Positions 48,391-60,084 of a stretch of 64,000 bases of DNA are shown one piece after another. The translations under genes and the position numbers were made by a program. How positions within the stretch are numbered: position 1 is the stretch's first letter; the number at the start of each line of letters is the position of its first letter. The notes under the pieces are model-generated. The model searched no databases. It had not been told where the DNA came from and saw only the letters and a program-made list of their open reading frames with translations. This DNA is from Candidatus Buchananbacteria bacterium. Its GTDB lineage: Bacteria; Patescibacteriota; Patescibacteriia; 2-01-FULL-39-33. The stretch is taken from contig CAIOLF010000024.1 of the NCBI GenBank assembly GCA_903859075.1, positions 5,048 through 69,047 of the forward strand, read 5' to 3'.

Positions 48391-50385
48391 CTAAAATCTG
48401 ACCGTAAATTCCCTGTCCATCTGTAAATTTGATTTCCAAAACAGCCGCTGGCCGCTAATAGCGTCAGGCAAGGCCTCCGAGTGGTAGGCGCTTAAATAAC
48501 GGCTGAAGTTTAAATCAACGTGCAAATCATGTCCAACCGTTCCTGGCTGCTTTTGAACAATCAATTTATACAATCCCCGCTGGTATTGCTGCAGCGTTTT
48601 GGCCGGCAGCTCGTATTCAAATGTTACTGTTTTGGTAGTTTTTGGCTCGACGGAAAAAAAGTAAGCCAAAACCGTCTTGCCGAATTCATTTCTTACTTCT
48701 AAGTCGCTAGTTAGATTAATCGGATGCCGGCCGGACTGATCGCTCCAATAAGCGCTCAGCGGACGCGAACCTTCAGGCACATAGAGCTGCAGATAATCAC
48801 GGTACTCCCGGATGAAGTAATTCACGCGTTCGCTTTGATGCTCATAGGTCAGCTCGGCTCGGCCAATCAGCTTGCCATTTTTTTCATCCAGACGATAACT
48901 GATTGATTTTTTCATGACTGAATCGGTTTTCCAGGCTGCCATATTGGCGTCGACGGCTAACAGATAATCACTGTCCGAATATTTCATAATGCCGGACCAA
49001 TTCTGATCGGCAAAATAGCTCTGCGTCTGAGGATTAGTCAAATAGACCAAAATCTGTTTCTCATCGATGTTCTTCTTGAAAGCCAGCCAAGCTTGCAGCA
49101 TATTAGGCAGGGAGGATTTTTCCATTCGGGAAATCAGCTCCCGGGTCAAGGGGCTAATAATCGACTTGCGCTGGCTTTTGGGCAATCCCCTTTGGGCATA
49201 ATCCCGCTCGACTTCTTTTTCCAGCTCCATGGCAAAATTTTTATCGGTAAAGGTAACTCCGCCGACCGTAATCGGTCCGACTACCTTAAGTAAGTTAGAA
49301 ATAAAATCCGGCGTCAGGGCAATCACCCCGTCCAAGCGCTGGTAAGGCAGTTTGCCAAACTCCCTTTCGCGATCAAAAAACCAAATTATATTCTTGGCTG
49401 AAGTCGGCCAATCAGTATACCAATTGGCGTCTCGCATAAACCAGTTTTTCTGGCCCATGAACTTCTGCAATGGCTGAGGCGGAGCCACGTTTAGTTGGCC
49501 CTCAGCCAATTTATCCAGATTATAAACATCATCCGTCATTAAATCCGTTATTTCGCCGGCTTTGAAAGTAAGCAGTCCGTAGCTGCCGATAAATCCTCCC
49601 GTCGGCCGCATCTCCATGTTATTCTGAAAAACAAATAGATAGGTTTTGGACTGATTCTGACCCACTAGCTCCGGCAAATTTTTAAAGATCGGCAGAGCCA
49701 TTTCGCTGTTAGCGATTAATCCGGAAAGCGATTGGTTGAATCCCAATAATTTATCCTTGAAAATCCCGTTAAAATCCTTGGTATTAATGCCGCTAATCGT
49801 CTTTTGGGCCTGTTCAATCTTTGCTCTGGCGCGATCGAGCGCCTCTTGATTGTCAGCTATTGCCTGCAATAAAGTTTTTTTCTGCTGAGTATCTTTTATC
49901 TGTCCGATTACTTGCCCGGCATCAGCGGTTTGCAGCCGCAGCTGCTCCATAATGACGACTGCCTCCGAATAGCCATCCAATAAATCACTGGCTGCCAAAA
50001 GCATTTGCTGACTGACTCGGGCGCTTTGTCCCAGCGGCGGAATCCAAAGCAGCGGACCTAAATAGCCGACGCTTTTTTTGATTGCCGCCAGATCATCAGA
50101 ACCGCCGTTTAGCTCACTCCTTATCACTGCCCAATCGTTGCTGGAAGCGGCTTGGGTGATTTTTTCAACCCGCTGGCCGAGGCCAACCGCTTTTTGGGCA
50201 ATAATCGCGCCGTTAATCGCCAAGGGCAATGCCACCGCCAAAATAATGATTATTAATATAAATAAAATCCAACGCCGGACATGGGAGCGTTTTTTTCGGG
50301 GCGTGGCATCCGGCTGGTAGTAAACCGGGGCGTGCTGATTATTTTCTGCCGGCACTGGCTGGCTGCTAGGAGTGAGTAACGTCAT
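48391..50385 (-). CDS. large N-terminally membrane-anchored protein (DUF4012-like, envelope-polymer associated)
   Basis: single N-terminal TM segment after a basic cytoplasmic tail; 664 aa; sits next to GT2/GT4 genes as DUF4012 proteins do. Confidence 0.35.
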   Translation of the reverse strand: MTLLTPSSQPVPAENNQHAPVYYQPDATPRKKRSHVRRWILFILIIIILAVALPLAINGAIIAQKAVGLGQRVEKITQAASSNDWAVIRSELNGGSDDLAAIKKSVGYLGPLLWIPPLGQSARVSQQMLLAASDLLDGYSEAVVIMEQLRLQTADAGQVIGQIKDTQQKKTLLQAIADNQEALDRARAKIEQAQKTISGINTKDFNGIFKDKLLGFNQSLSGLIANSEMALPIFKNLPELVGQNQSKTYLFVFQNNMEMRPTGGFIGSYGLLTFKAGEITDLMTDDVYNLDKLAEGQLNVAPPQPLQKFMGQKNWFMRDANWYTDWPTSAKNIIWFFDREREFGKLPYQRLDGVIALTPDFISNLLKVVGPITVGGVTFTDKNFAMELEKEVERDYAQRGLPKSQRKSIISPLTRELISRMEKSSLPNMLQAWLAFKKNIDEKQILVYLTNPQTQSYFADQNWSGIMKYSDSDYLLAVDANMAAWKTDSVMKKSISYRLDEKNGKLIGRAELTYEHQSERVNYFIREYRDYLQLYVPEGSRPLSAYWSDQSGRHPINLTSDLEVRNEFGKTVLAYFFSVEPKTTKTVTFEYELPAKTLQQYQRGLYKLIVQKQPGTVGHDLHVDLNFSRYLSAYHSEALPDAISGQRLFWKSNLQMDREFTVRF

Positions 50386-51157
50386 ATTTTCGATATTTTA
50401 ATAAATATTTAATCCAATCAATGGTATGGATCCAAAAAATCTTAGACCAAATTCCGCTGCCCGCCGACTCTCGCTTGTGATAATGAATAATATTAGCATC
50501 GGCAAAATAGTAGACCGGCATTTGATGCCGCCAAAATTCCCGGCACCAGGCAACATCGCCAAAATACAAGTAGAGATATTCATCCATTAATCCCACTTTA
50601 TCGATGGCGCTCTTCCGGACCATTTCAAAAGCCCCCAAAATCCAATCGACGGTGCGAGTCTCGCTATGGGAAAAATCGGCCATTAGGTATTGAGCTAATT
50701 TTTTCTTAGCTCCCGGCAGGAGACCAAAAAAAGTCCGCCGATAAAAAGGAGTGATGACCGAGGGAAACCGTAAGCAGGATGACTGAATGGAACCATCCGG
50801 ATTTTTTAATTTTGGCCCGACCAAAGCCGTTTCTGGATGCTCCTCCATGAATTTGTATAAGCGATCAAAGCTGTCATCCAGGATGGCTATATCGGTGTTC
50901 ATGATCACCACGTACTTGCCGCGGGAATTTTTTATTCCCAGATTATTGCCCTTATGGTGGCCGAGGTTTTCCGTGGCGGCAATCAGCTTCACCCGAGCAA
51001 ACCCTTCCCTGACCATTTCTATCGAGCCGTCTTGGGAATTATTGTCGACGACGATAACCTCATAAGGGCAGGACGGCGGAAACAAATAAATGCCCTTCAA
51101 ACATTGTTTGAGGAGGCCTCTAGTTTTGTAATTATTAATAATAATGGATATTTCCAT
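50366..51157 (-). CDS. glycosyltransferase family 2
   Basis: GT-A N-terminal motif ISIIINNYK...VIVVDNNSQDGS; DxD region. Confidence 0.65.
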   Translation of the reverse strand: MEISIIINNYKTRGLLKQCLKGIYLFPPSCPYEVIVVDNNSQDGSIEMVREGFARVKLIAATENLGHHKGNNLGIKNSRGKYVVIMNTDIAILDDSFDRLYKFMEEHPETALVGPKLKNPDGSIQSSCLRFPSVITPFYRRTFFGLLPGAKKKLAQYLMADFSHSETRTVDWILGAFEMVRKSAIDKVGLMDEYLYLYFGDVAWCREFWRHQMPVYYFADANIIHYHKRESAGSGIWSKIFWIHTIDWIKYLLKYRKYDVTHS

Positions 51158-51167
51158 AAAACTGAAA

Positions 51168-52205
51168 TTATTTATACCACCTTCTTATTTCTTTGGCGGT
51201 AACCCGGCATTTTGAAAAAATATATTTTCTTTTTCTTCTGATTCTTCCCGACAGTGCCAGCACTTCGCCAATGGCTTTAAGGTTGCGCGGCTCAAAAAAT
51301 AATATATAGAAAAACTTGCCGATTTCGTGCCACAGGATTTGCGGCAGATAACGCAGCAAGTTAGCGGCGAATTCATCAGCCAAAAGCCAGAGAAAATGAT
51401 TACGATAAGAATAATATCTGGCCAGCTGGGATTTTTGGGAACGCGCCTTGATGATTCGCCCGAGACTGTCTTCGTCCGATCCGGACAACGTCCGCAAATG
51501 ATAGGCAACCGCGCTGGGCACGAATAGCGACGGCCGCCCCATCAGCTGCAACCGCCAAGCCAAATCAACATCTTCTTTATAAAATAAAAAATCGCCGTCA
51601 AAATAATCGCCGTTGGGGTGATCATCGTTTTTAAGAATGGCCTCCTCCAGGGCTTCCCGCTTAAATAACGCCAAAGCGCCTGACTGGCCGAATACTTCCT
51701 GCTGCTGCAAAAATCTGTCTTTGGGCTCGCCGGCGCCCAGCTCAACTACCCGATGATTTTTACATACCAGCAAGCCGCAAGAATCGATTCTATCTGTTTT
51801 TTCAAAGTCACCCACTTCAATATTGATGCTTTTGAGCTTTAACAAACGGCCGCCAAAGCTGCCATAACGAAAATACCTGTCCATCTCAGCCGTCCGCATT
51901 ATTTCCTCCAGCCAAGTCGGCTCCAGAATAATATCTTGATTGCACAGCACGACATAATCAGTCTTAACCAAGCGCAGGCCCTGATTATTGGCTTTGGCAA
52001 AAAAAAGATTTTTATTATTTTTAATTATATTGACGCGAGGATAATTGCGGCGGACAAAATCAGCCGTATCATCTTGGGAATCATTATCAATCAGCAAAAC
52101 TTGGAAATCACGATAAGTCTGATCAAAAACTGAATTCAAGCAATGAGCAATGTAAATCTTGCTGTTATAAGTAGGAATAATGATTGTAACTTTGGGACTG
52201 GACAT
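51168..52205 (-). CDS. glycosyltransferase family 2
   Basis: VTIIIPTYNSKIYIAHCLNSVFDQTYRDFQVLLIDNDSQDDT. Confidence 0.65.
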   Translation of the reverse strand: MSSPKVTIIIPTYNSKIYIAHCLNSVFDQTYRDFQVLLIDNDSQDDTADFVRRNYPRVNIIKNNKNLFFAKANNQGLRLVKTDYVVLCNQDIILEPTWLEEIMRTAEMDRYFRYGSFGGRLLKLKSINIEVGDFEKTDRIDSCGLLVCKNHRVVELGAGEPKDRFLQQQEVFGQSGALALFKREALEEAILKNDDHPNGDYFDGDFLFYKEDVDLAWRLQLMGRPSLFVPSAVAYHLRTLSGSDEDSLGRIIKARSQKSQLARYYSYRNHFLWLLADEFAANLLRYLPQILWHEIGKFFYILFFEPRNLKAIGEVLALSGRIRRKRKYIFSKCRVTAKEIRRWYK

Positions 52206-52246
52206 TTTAATTGTTAACTGTTAATCGTCAATCGTTAAATGTTAGT

Positions 52247-53737
52247 TTATGCTTTCTTCTGCGTCACCCAAAAACCGAGGCGCCACTTGCCGCCCAGCAA
52301 TAATCTGGTCTGAGCGTCAATCGCCGGAATAGAGCCGAAAACAATCATCGTGACGGGAAAAATCACCCACTGGACAACCATAATCAAATAATTGTACCAG
52401 CCAAAACCCTTGGGGCGGCGCGGCAACAGCAAGGTATACATGAAAGCGTTGAAAACCAAGCCGATCATGCCGACGGTCATTAGCGTCTCCAGCGAATGAG
52501 GGGCATTTTGAAAAAAAGCCGAGACCTTATCAGAGGGAGAAGCCACCCACAGCGGCAAACGGCCGACAATCAAGATGAGCAGCGGCGCCGTCGCCCAAGA
52601 GTACATGCCTTCCAGCTGATTCCAAAAATACCGCCAGCGAATTTTCAGTGGTATCCGGCGATTGGCCTTGGCTCCAAAAAAATTGTCCCACATCCAAGGA
52701 TAGTGCTCAACGCCCCAAGCCCAGCGCCGCATCTGTTTGTATTGATTTTTGAAACTGCGCCGCAAGCTGCCAATGTAGACTGTATCCATGGAAAGAGTGG
52801 TAAACATCGGGACAATCTCATAATCACCGTCATAGCGCACCAGCGCCTGCAGGCAGATGCGCGAGTCCTCCGTGACGATCGTCTTATCATGAAAGCCGAC
52901 GTCAAAGAGCATCTTGAAACTCATGCTGTGGGAAGAAAAAGTCAGCAACTTTTCCGGACGCGACATATCGGTGAGGAGCCAAAAAGTGGTCGCCGAGGCC
53001 ACGACGCGGATAATCGGATTTGATTCCCAAATATTGTTATTGTAAAGAATGAGCGGCTGATAGCTGGCATGAGTCGGGTTGGGATGGGTCAGGTATTTGT
53101 AAGCCAAGCAAGCGAAGTACTGGGGGTGCGGCAGGGTTTCGATGTCAAAGCAGGAGACGATTATTTTTTCATAAGGAATGCCCAGGGCGTCTATCTCCTG
53201 CTTCAAATTCTGTTCCATAAAATGCACATTAGCCCCTTTGCCGAGTAATTCATCGGGCTGGCTAAGATGAACCGTAATATAAAGCCGGAAAAATTTGTCG
53301 CCGAACTCGGCCTTAATCCTCTCGGCAATGGCCAAAAAATTCTTCTCGTCGCGATCCTCGCCGCCCAAAGCGACGATCATTTTGTCCTTGGGATAATCCG
53401 TTTCTAAAAGCTTCTTAAGAGATCTGGCGATAACCTCATAGGGCTCTTTATAAGTCGGGTAAGTAATCACGTGGTAATATTCATGATAATCCTTAGGCAG
53501 CTTCTTAAGCTCTGACATCCAGTCCTTCCTGATATCCCGCAAATATCTAAACCAGGAGACAAACAGCCAAAACATCATGTAGAACAGGCGGACAATCCAA
53601 TAGACGGCAAAAACCAAGATAAAATAAATCGCCCACAGGGGCCTTACTAGAGATAAGATAATAACGCCAAGAAGCGTAATCCAGACCAGCAAAGCTGGGG
53701 TCATTTCCATCATTTTTTGGCTAAAAAGCTTTTTCAT
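52247..53737 (-). CDS. membrane-embedded processive GT2-like glycosyltransferase (cellulose/chitin-synthase-like)
   Basis: TM helices at both ends; cytoplasmic GT-A core with a Q-x-x-RW-like motif (QYKQMRRWAWG). Confidence 0.5.
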   Translation of the reverse strand: MKKLFSQKMMEMTPALLVWITLLGVIILSLVRPLWAIYFILVFAVYWIVRLFYMMFWLFVSWFRYLRDIRKDWMSELKKLPKDYHEYYHVITYPTYKEPYEVIARSLKKLLETDYPKDKMIVALGGEDRDEKNFLAIAERIKAEFGDKFFRLYITVHLSQPDELLGKGANVHFMEQNLKQEIDALGIPYEKIIVSCFDIETLPHPQYFACLAYKYLTHPNPTHASYQPLILYNNNIWESNPIIRVVASATTFWLLTDMSRPEKLLTFSSHSMSFKMLFDVGFHDKTIVTEDSRICLQALVRYDGDYEIVPMFTTLSMDTVYIGSLRRSFKNQYKQMRRWAWGVEHYPWMWDNFFGAKANRRIPLKIRWRYFWNQLEGMYSWATAPLLILIVGRLPLWVASPSDKVSAFFQNAPHSLETLMTVGMIGLVFNAFMYTLLLPRRPKGFGWYNYLIMVVQWVIFPVTMIVFGSIPAIDAQTRLLLGGKWRLGFWVTQKKA

Positions 53738-53779
53738 AACGTTTTCAGAATAACATTTTAAGCAAAAAAAATCAAGGTC

Positions 53780-53812
53780 TTTAAAACCCCGCCCTGACGG
53801 GCGGGGCTGGCT
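53780..53812 (-). terminator. Rho-independent terminator downstream of ligA
   Basis: minus-strand gccagccccgcccgtcagggcggggtttt. Confidence 0.65.
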
Positions 53813-53821
53813 TCTGAATTT

Positions 53822-55873
<2,052 letters not shown>

Positions 55874-55882
55874 TTAAAATTT

Positions 55883-56800
55883 TTACTGCTGATCTTTTTT
55901 TACCAGCTCTGCCGCTGCCACTCCTTCCGGCAGGTTGTCGCCCCGGCAATTATGCTCTTTAAAAACCCGCACCGAGATATCCCTGACATACTCAGCGGCA
56001 GTCCCCCGCGGCTCAATGGTGACCAGATAAGAAGCTGTCTCGTTGTCGGCCAAATCGAAGCAAAGCGCCGCCAGCCGTGAATCAAAATTCCTTACTTCGG
56101 AGCGCGAATCTTTCCGACTAACAGCGGCAATCTGACTGAATTGGACGCTAAGCTGGCTGAAGTAGCCGCCTTTCCGCCAATAAATGCCGACGGACCTGGG
56201 CAAGCCGCTAACAGTAGTCGAAACAATCTCCACCCTGGCTTTGTCTCCGGCATCCAGTCGCGACCAATAGGCCTCCGGCAATTTATTCTGAAAAGATTTA
56301 AAATCCGTCACCTGCCAGGAGTCAGCCAGATCAAAAGATGCTATGAAGCTGCTGCGGCCGCCGGCGACGCTGATTTCTATTAAATTACTAACGCCTGAAT
56401 TGCCGTCCGCTTCCCCATCAGGCAGCAGCGCTATCTTAAAAATCCCGGGCGTCGGACGCAATGATTTAACGGAGACGCTGCCTAAAAAAACTTTTTCCAG
56501 AACTATTTCTTGCCCTTCGGCCGTGAGAACGCCGAGCTCATAAAAACAATTTTTCCGGCAGTCCCTAAGCGCCAGACTATAAGACGCCGGCACGCGATCA
56601 TTGACCATCTGCCTATTAACGGCCAAAACATTAAGCCGGATAATCCCCTGCTGGATCTTATCGGCGGCGGCCATTGCCTTTTTTCCTTCGGAATAATTTA
56701 TCGTCCAAATTACAGCGCCGATGATTATTAATATTACCGCTAAAAAACTAATAACTCCAGCCGGCCTGAAAAAAATATTAATTTTTTTCTGTTGTTGCAT
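55883..56800 (-). CDS. hypothetical membrane-anchored protein
   Basis: N-terminal TM segment VISFLAVILIIIGAVIW; 305 aa. Confidence 0.4.
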   Translation of the reverse strand: MQQQKKINIFFRPAGVISFLAVILIIIGAVIWTINYSEGKKAMAAADKIQQGIIRLNVLAVNRQMVNDRVPASYSLALRDCRKNCFYELGVLTAEGQEIVLEKVFLGSVSVKSLRPTPGIFKIALLPDGEADGNSGVSNLIEISVAGGRSSFIASFDLADSWQVTDFKSFQNKLPEAYWSRLDAGDKARVEIVSTTVSGLPRSVGIYWRKGGYFSQLSVQFSQIAAVSRKDSRSEVRNFDSRLAALCFDLADNETASYLVTIEPRGTAAEYVRDISVRVFKEHNCRGDNLPEGVAAAELVKKDQQ

Positions 56801-56818
56801 ATAACTAATTAATAATAT

Positions 56819-57679
56819 TTAGAAAAATCCCAGATACCAGCTGATAATTCTCCCGCCCAGCCACAGAGTAATCAGCGCCGCTGGCGCCAAAAAAACGGCA
56901 AAAGGGATCTCGCTGTTTAATTTCTTGCCCTTGGCTATAACCAGCATAATCGAAATGGCCGCTCCGACGATATAAGCGAGAAAAATCCCCAAAATGATCT
57001 GCGGCCAGCCGAGCAAGACGCCCAACAAAGCCCCTACCCGCAAATCGCCGCCGCCGATCCAGCGGCCGCGCGAAATAAGATATTGCGAAGCAAAAAAACC
57101 AAAACCGACCAAGGCGGCCGCGGCTAAATTTATCGGGCTATAGCCGAGCAGCAGATTAAGAATAAAAATGACCGCCAGCGCCGGCAGAGCGACCCGATCC
57201 AGAATCACCCGCCACTTGAGATCATAGACGAAAATGACAACCAAGAAAAAAATAGCCAGCCAGTCACGCAGCAATTCAAGCAAAAAATTTCCGCAAACCG
57301 GCAGCCAAGAAAAAAAACACGAGCTGTCAAGATCATAAGCAACGATAGGAAAAGAATTGTTTCTGATGCTAATATAAGCCGCCAGCGCAAAAAGCAAGCC
57401 GGTAGCCAATTCTACCGCCGGATATTGCCAAGAAATTTTCTGCTGGCAATAGCGGCAACGGCCTCTTAAAAAGATAAAACTGATAATCGGAAATAAGTCA
57501 ACCCAGCCCAGGCGCTGCCGGCACTTGGGGCACTGCGACGGCGGCCACAGCAAACTGCCGCCGGCATGAAACCGCTCAATCACCACATTCAAAAAACTTC
57601 CTATTACCGCTCCGACTACAAAAGACAGCGGATAAATCGCGGCCATGCCCAGATAAAACATATCATTGCTTAATTCCAT
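56819..57679 (-). CDS. pilD: prepilin peptidase (A24 family)
   Basis: N-terminal Zn-binding CPKCRQRLGWVDLFPIISFIFLRGRCRYCQ; polytopic membrane protein. Confidence 0.75.
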   Translation of the reverse strand: MELSNDMFYLGMAAIYPLSFVVGAVIGSFLNVVIERFHAGGSLLWPPSQCPKCRQRLGWVDLFPIISFIFLRGRCRYCQQKISWQYPAVELATGLLFALAAYISIRNNSFPIVAYDLDSSCFFSWLPVCGNFLLELLRDWLAIFFLVVIFVYDLKWRVILDRVALPALAVIFILNLLLGYSPINLAAAALVGFGFFASQYLISRGRWIGGGDLRVGALLGVLLGWPQIILGIFLAYIVGAAISIMLVIAKGKKLNSEIPFAVFLAPAALITLWLGGRIISWYLGFF

Positions 57680-58070
57680 TTTTAGTATACGAATACGCGC
57701 CCTTTAATAAGCCGGAGACCGTTGTCTCCAGGGCGAATCCAATTTCAAAATCATCATCGCTTAAAGAAACTATTTTATATTGGTAACCGCGCCCATTAAG
57801 GGGATCAACCAGGCGGCCGAGATTTATCCGTCGCTCGTCCTCGCCGACGCAGCTGTTTACCGCCGCCGGCGGATTACAGCCGGGAATGCGATAAGTATTA
57901 AATTTGAAAAAATAATCCGCCAACACTTGCTGGATCTGCTTGAGGTCGCCCAGCCGCTGATAATCGCGCCCCTTAGCTTGGCTCGCCTGCCAAATGAAAG
58001 CTAAGCCGATACTGGCTATGATTAAGAGCAGGCCATAAGCAAAAAACTTGAATCTGGTGCGCTGGGTCAT
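57663..58070 (-). CDS. pilin-like membrane protein with a non-canonical N-terminus
   Basis: TM segment followed by RDYQRLGDLKQIQQVLADYF, which resembles the post-helix region of type IV pilins; no G-F-T-L-I-E cleavage motif. Confidence 0.35.
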   Translation of the reverse strand: MTQRTRFKFFAYGLLLIIASIGLAFIWQASQAKGRDYQRLGDLKQIQQVLADYFFKFNTYRIPGCNPPAAVNSCVGEDERRINLGRLVDPLNGRGYQYKIVSLSDDDFEIGFALETTVSGLLKGAYSYTKNGIKQ

Positions 58071-58205
58071 AAATTTGGATGATATTTATAGCTTTATTAT
58101 AACATAAACACCCCCCGACTTCTAGCTTGGCCTCCCGAGTAATTAAGAAAATCCTTCCCAACTGGCGTCGGAAAGGATTTTCTGGTATTTTCTAGAAAAT
58201 AATCA

Positions 58206-58601
58206 CTAGGGGCAGATGGTCGCGCCGTTAGAGACGCCGCCGCTAACGACCTTGGCCGCGCCAATTGAATCCACGCAGAAATCTCCGGTAGCGCTGCAGA
58301 GATCGGCCCAAGCGGCCCAAGCAGTGCCATCAGCGGAAACACTGACATTGTAGGCGGCATCCTGAGAGCAGGCGGGCGGAGCAATGGCCGGAGTAACTTG
58401 AGTGATCAACATGCCGGTATAAACACCGTTCTCATGGCTGGTCTCGGCGAAAGTCCTGAATTGAGACAGGTCGTTTTTGATCTGGCTGTCATAGGCCTTG
58501 TTTCTGGCGCTGTTTAAGGAAACGACCGCCAGAGAAGCTAAGATGCCGATAATGGCGATAACCACCAGCAACTCAATTAAAGTAAAACCTTTTTTGTTCA
58601 T
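58206..58601 (-). CDS. type IV pilin (major pilin candidate)
   Basis: class III signal [27 protein letters not shown]. Confidence 0.8.
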   Translation of the reverse strand: MNKKGFTLIELLVVIAIIGILASLAVVSLNSARNKAYDSQIKNDLSQFRTFAETSHENGVYTGMLITQVTPAIAPPACSQDAAYNVSVSADGTAWAAWADLCSATGDFCVDSIGAAKVVSGGVSNGATICP

Positions 58602-58717
58602 ATTTTTGGTTTAATGCTTGTATTTATCAATAAATTGCCAGGGATAAGTCGACCTTTTGCTTATCCACATTGAATTTATGTATTAATTATAGCAAAACAA
58701 TTACCAAAGACTACCAA

Positions 58718-59110
58718 CTAGCTCTTACCGGCGCCGGCCAGTTTTTTGATTTTTCCGACGACTTCCGACGGCATAAAGTGGGCTTTAATCAGGTAATCGG
58801 TACCGCCCAGTTTCAGGCCCTTCTCTACATCAGCTTTCTGGCTCAAATTAGTCAATAGAATAATCGGGGTTTTTTTAAACTCTGGCTGCGCCCGTAAATT
58901 TTCTAAAATTGAAAACCCGCTCATTTTAGGCAGAATTAAATCCAGTAAAATAACATCCGGCTTATTTTTTTGAGCCATCTCATATCCTTTCTCCCCCTCA
59001 TAAGCGACATAAGTCTTGAATCCTTCCAATTCAAACTTGGTCTTATACAGATCGGCTAAAAAAACATCATCCTCAATCACTAAAATCGTTAGCTTTTTTT
59101 CTTTAGGCAT
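58718..59110 (-). CDS. single-domain response regulator (CheY-like receiver)
   Basis: ILVIEDD...PDVILLDLILPKMSGF...K motifs of the receiver domain; 130 aa with no output domain. Confidence 0.75.
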   Translation of the reverse strand: MPKEKKLTILVIEDDVFLADLYKTKFELEGFKTYVAYEGEKGYEMAQKNKPDVILLDLILPKMSGFSILENLRAQPEFKKTPIILLTNLSQKADVEKGLKLGGTDYLIKAHFMPSEVVGKIKKLAGAGKS

Positions 59111-59123
59111 AATAAAACGTTAG

Positions 59124-59504
59124 TTACTTATTTAATGCTTCCTGCACCGAACGGCAAGCGTTATCCGGCTGCCGTGTTTCCAAATCCAGGATTCCGGTGA
59201 CAAAAAGTTGACGCGGCTGGATCTGCTTCGGTTCGAAAGGATTACCGCGGCCCGCGCTCAGCTGGCTGCCGGTGATCGGCCACTGGCCGCAAAGCAGCAG
59301 GCCCGACAACAACTCGCGGAGCTGGGCTTTTTCCTGTTCGGCCAAGACGCCGGTTTTTGCCACCTCGGTGCTGGCCTGAGCCGAGTTAAGATACTTGGGC
59401 GCGGCGCGGCCGCTAAGCAAAATTAAATCAAAAGAAAAACAAACGACTATGACGAGCAGCAGCCAGCCGATCAGTTGAGTTACTTTTTTATAGTCGTGTT
59501 CCAT
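59124..59504 (-). CDS. hypothetical single-pass membrane protein in the pilus cluster (PilP-like position)
   Basis: N-terminal TM segment; 126 aa; sits between pilO-like and the response regulator. Confidence 0.35.
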   Translation of the reverse strand: MEHDYKKVTQLIGWLLLVIVVCFSFDLILLSGRAAPKYLNSAQASTEVAKTGVLAEQEKAQLRELLSGLLLCGQWPITGSQLSAGRGNPFEPKQIQPRQLFVTGILDLETRQPDNACRSVQEALNK

Positions 59505-59507
59505 ACT

Positions 59508-60083
59508 TTAGGGCGCTTGATAATGATAAGTCCTGAGCTGCAGCTGATAACCGTCATCCTTATAACTGACGCCATTGACATTAAGGTAAAGGATGCTTGA
59601 TTCCATCGCCTGCAATAATTTCTTTAAATTTTCATAGCTGCCTCCTTGCAGCTTCAGAGTCACGTCCGTCCCCTTCAACCGGGAATCCGCGAGAGTAAAA
59701 TTATCGCCTTGAGCTTCCCGGTTTTCCAAACTGGAAACCTTGAAGCCGTTATTCTCCGCCAAGGCATTGAGCTGCATTGCCAGGTTGGGAAAATCAAATT
59801 TCTCCGGCAAAGCCAAGTCAACTAACGCTTTTTCTCCGGCGGCAACTTCTGCCGGAGGAATTTTCTGATAATCGCTTAGCGCCGCCGCCAATGAATTATT
59901 TTCCTCTTTTAACGAGGCGAGAGCGTAATTTTTGCTCCACCAGTACTGCTGGCATTGGACGTCGATAATCTGCATATAGCCCACGAATAAAACCGCGACC
60001 ACGATCAAAACGATAATGAGAGGATAAAACTCATGAATAAAAGCTCTCATCTGGCTGGATTGGCGCTGTTCTTGGTGGTCCAT
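59508..60083 (-). CDS. PilO-like type IV pilus assembly protein
   Basis: N-terminal TM segment plus coiled coil, downstream of pilN; 191 aa. Confidence 0.45.
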   Translation of the reverse strand: MDHQEQRQSSQMRAFIHEFYPLIIVLIVVAVLFVGYMQIIDVQCQQYWWSKNYALASLKEENNSLAAALSDYQKIPPAEVAAGEKALVDLALPEKFDFPNLAMQLNALAENNGFKVSSLENREAQGDNFTLADSRLKGTDVTLKLQGGSYENLKKLLQAMESSILYLNVNGVSYKDDGYQLQLRTYHYQAP

Positions 60084-60084
60084 A

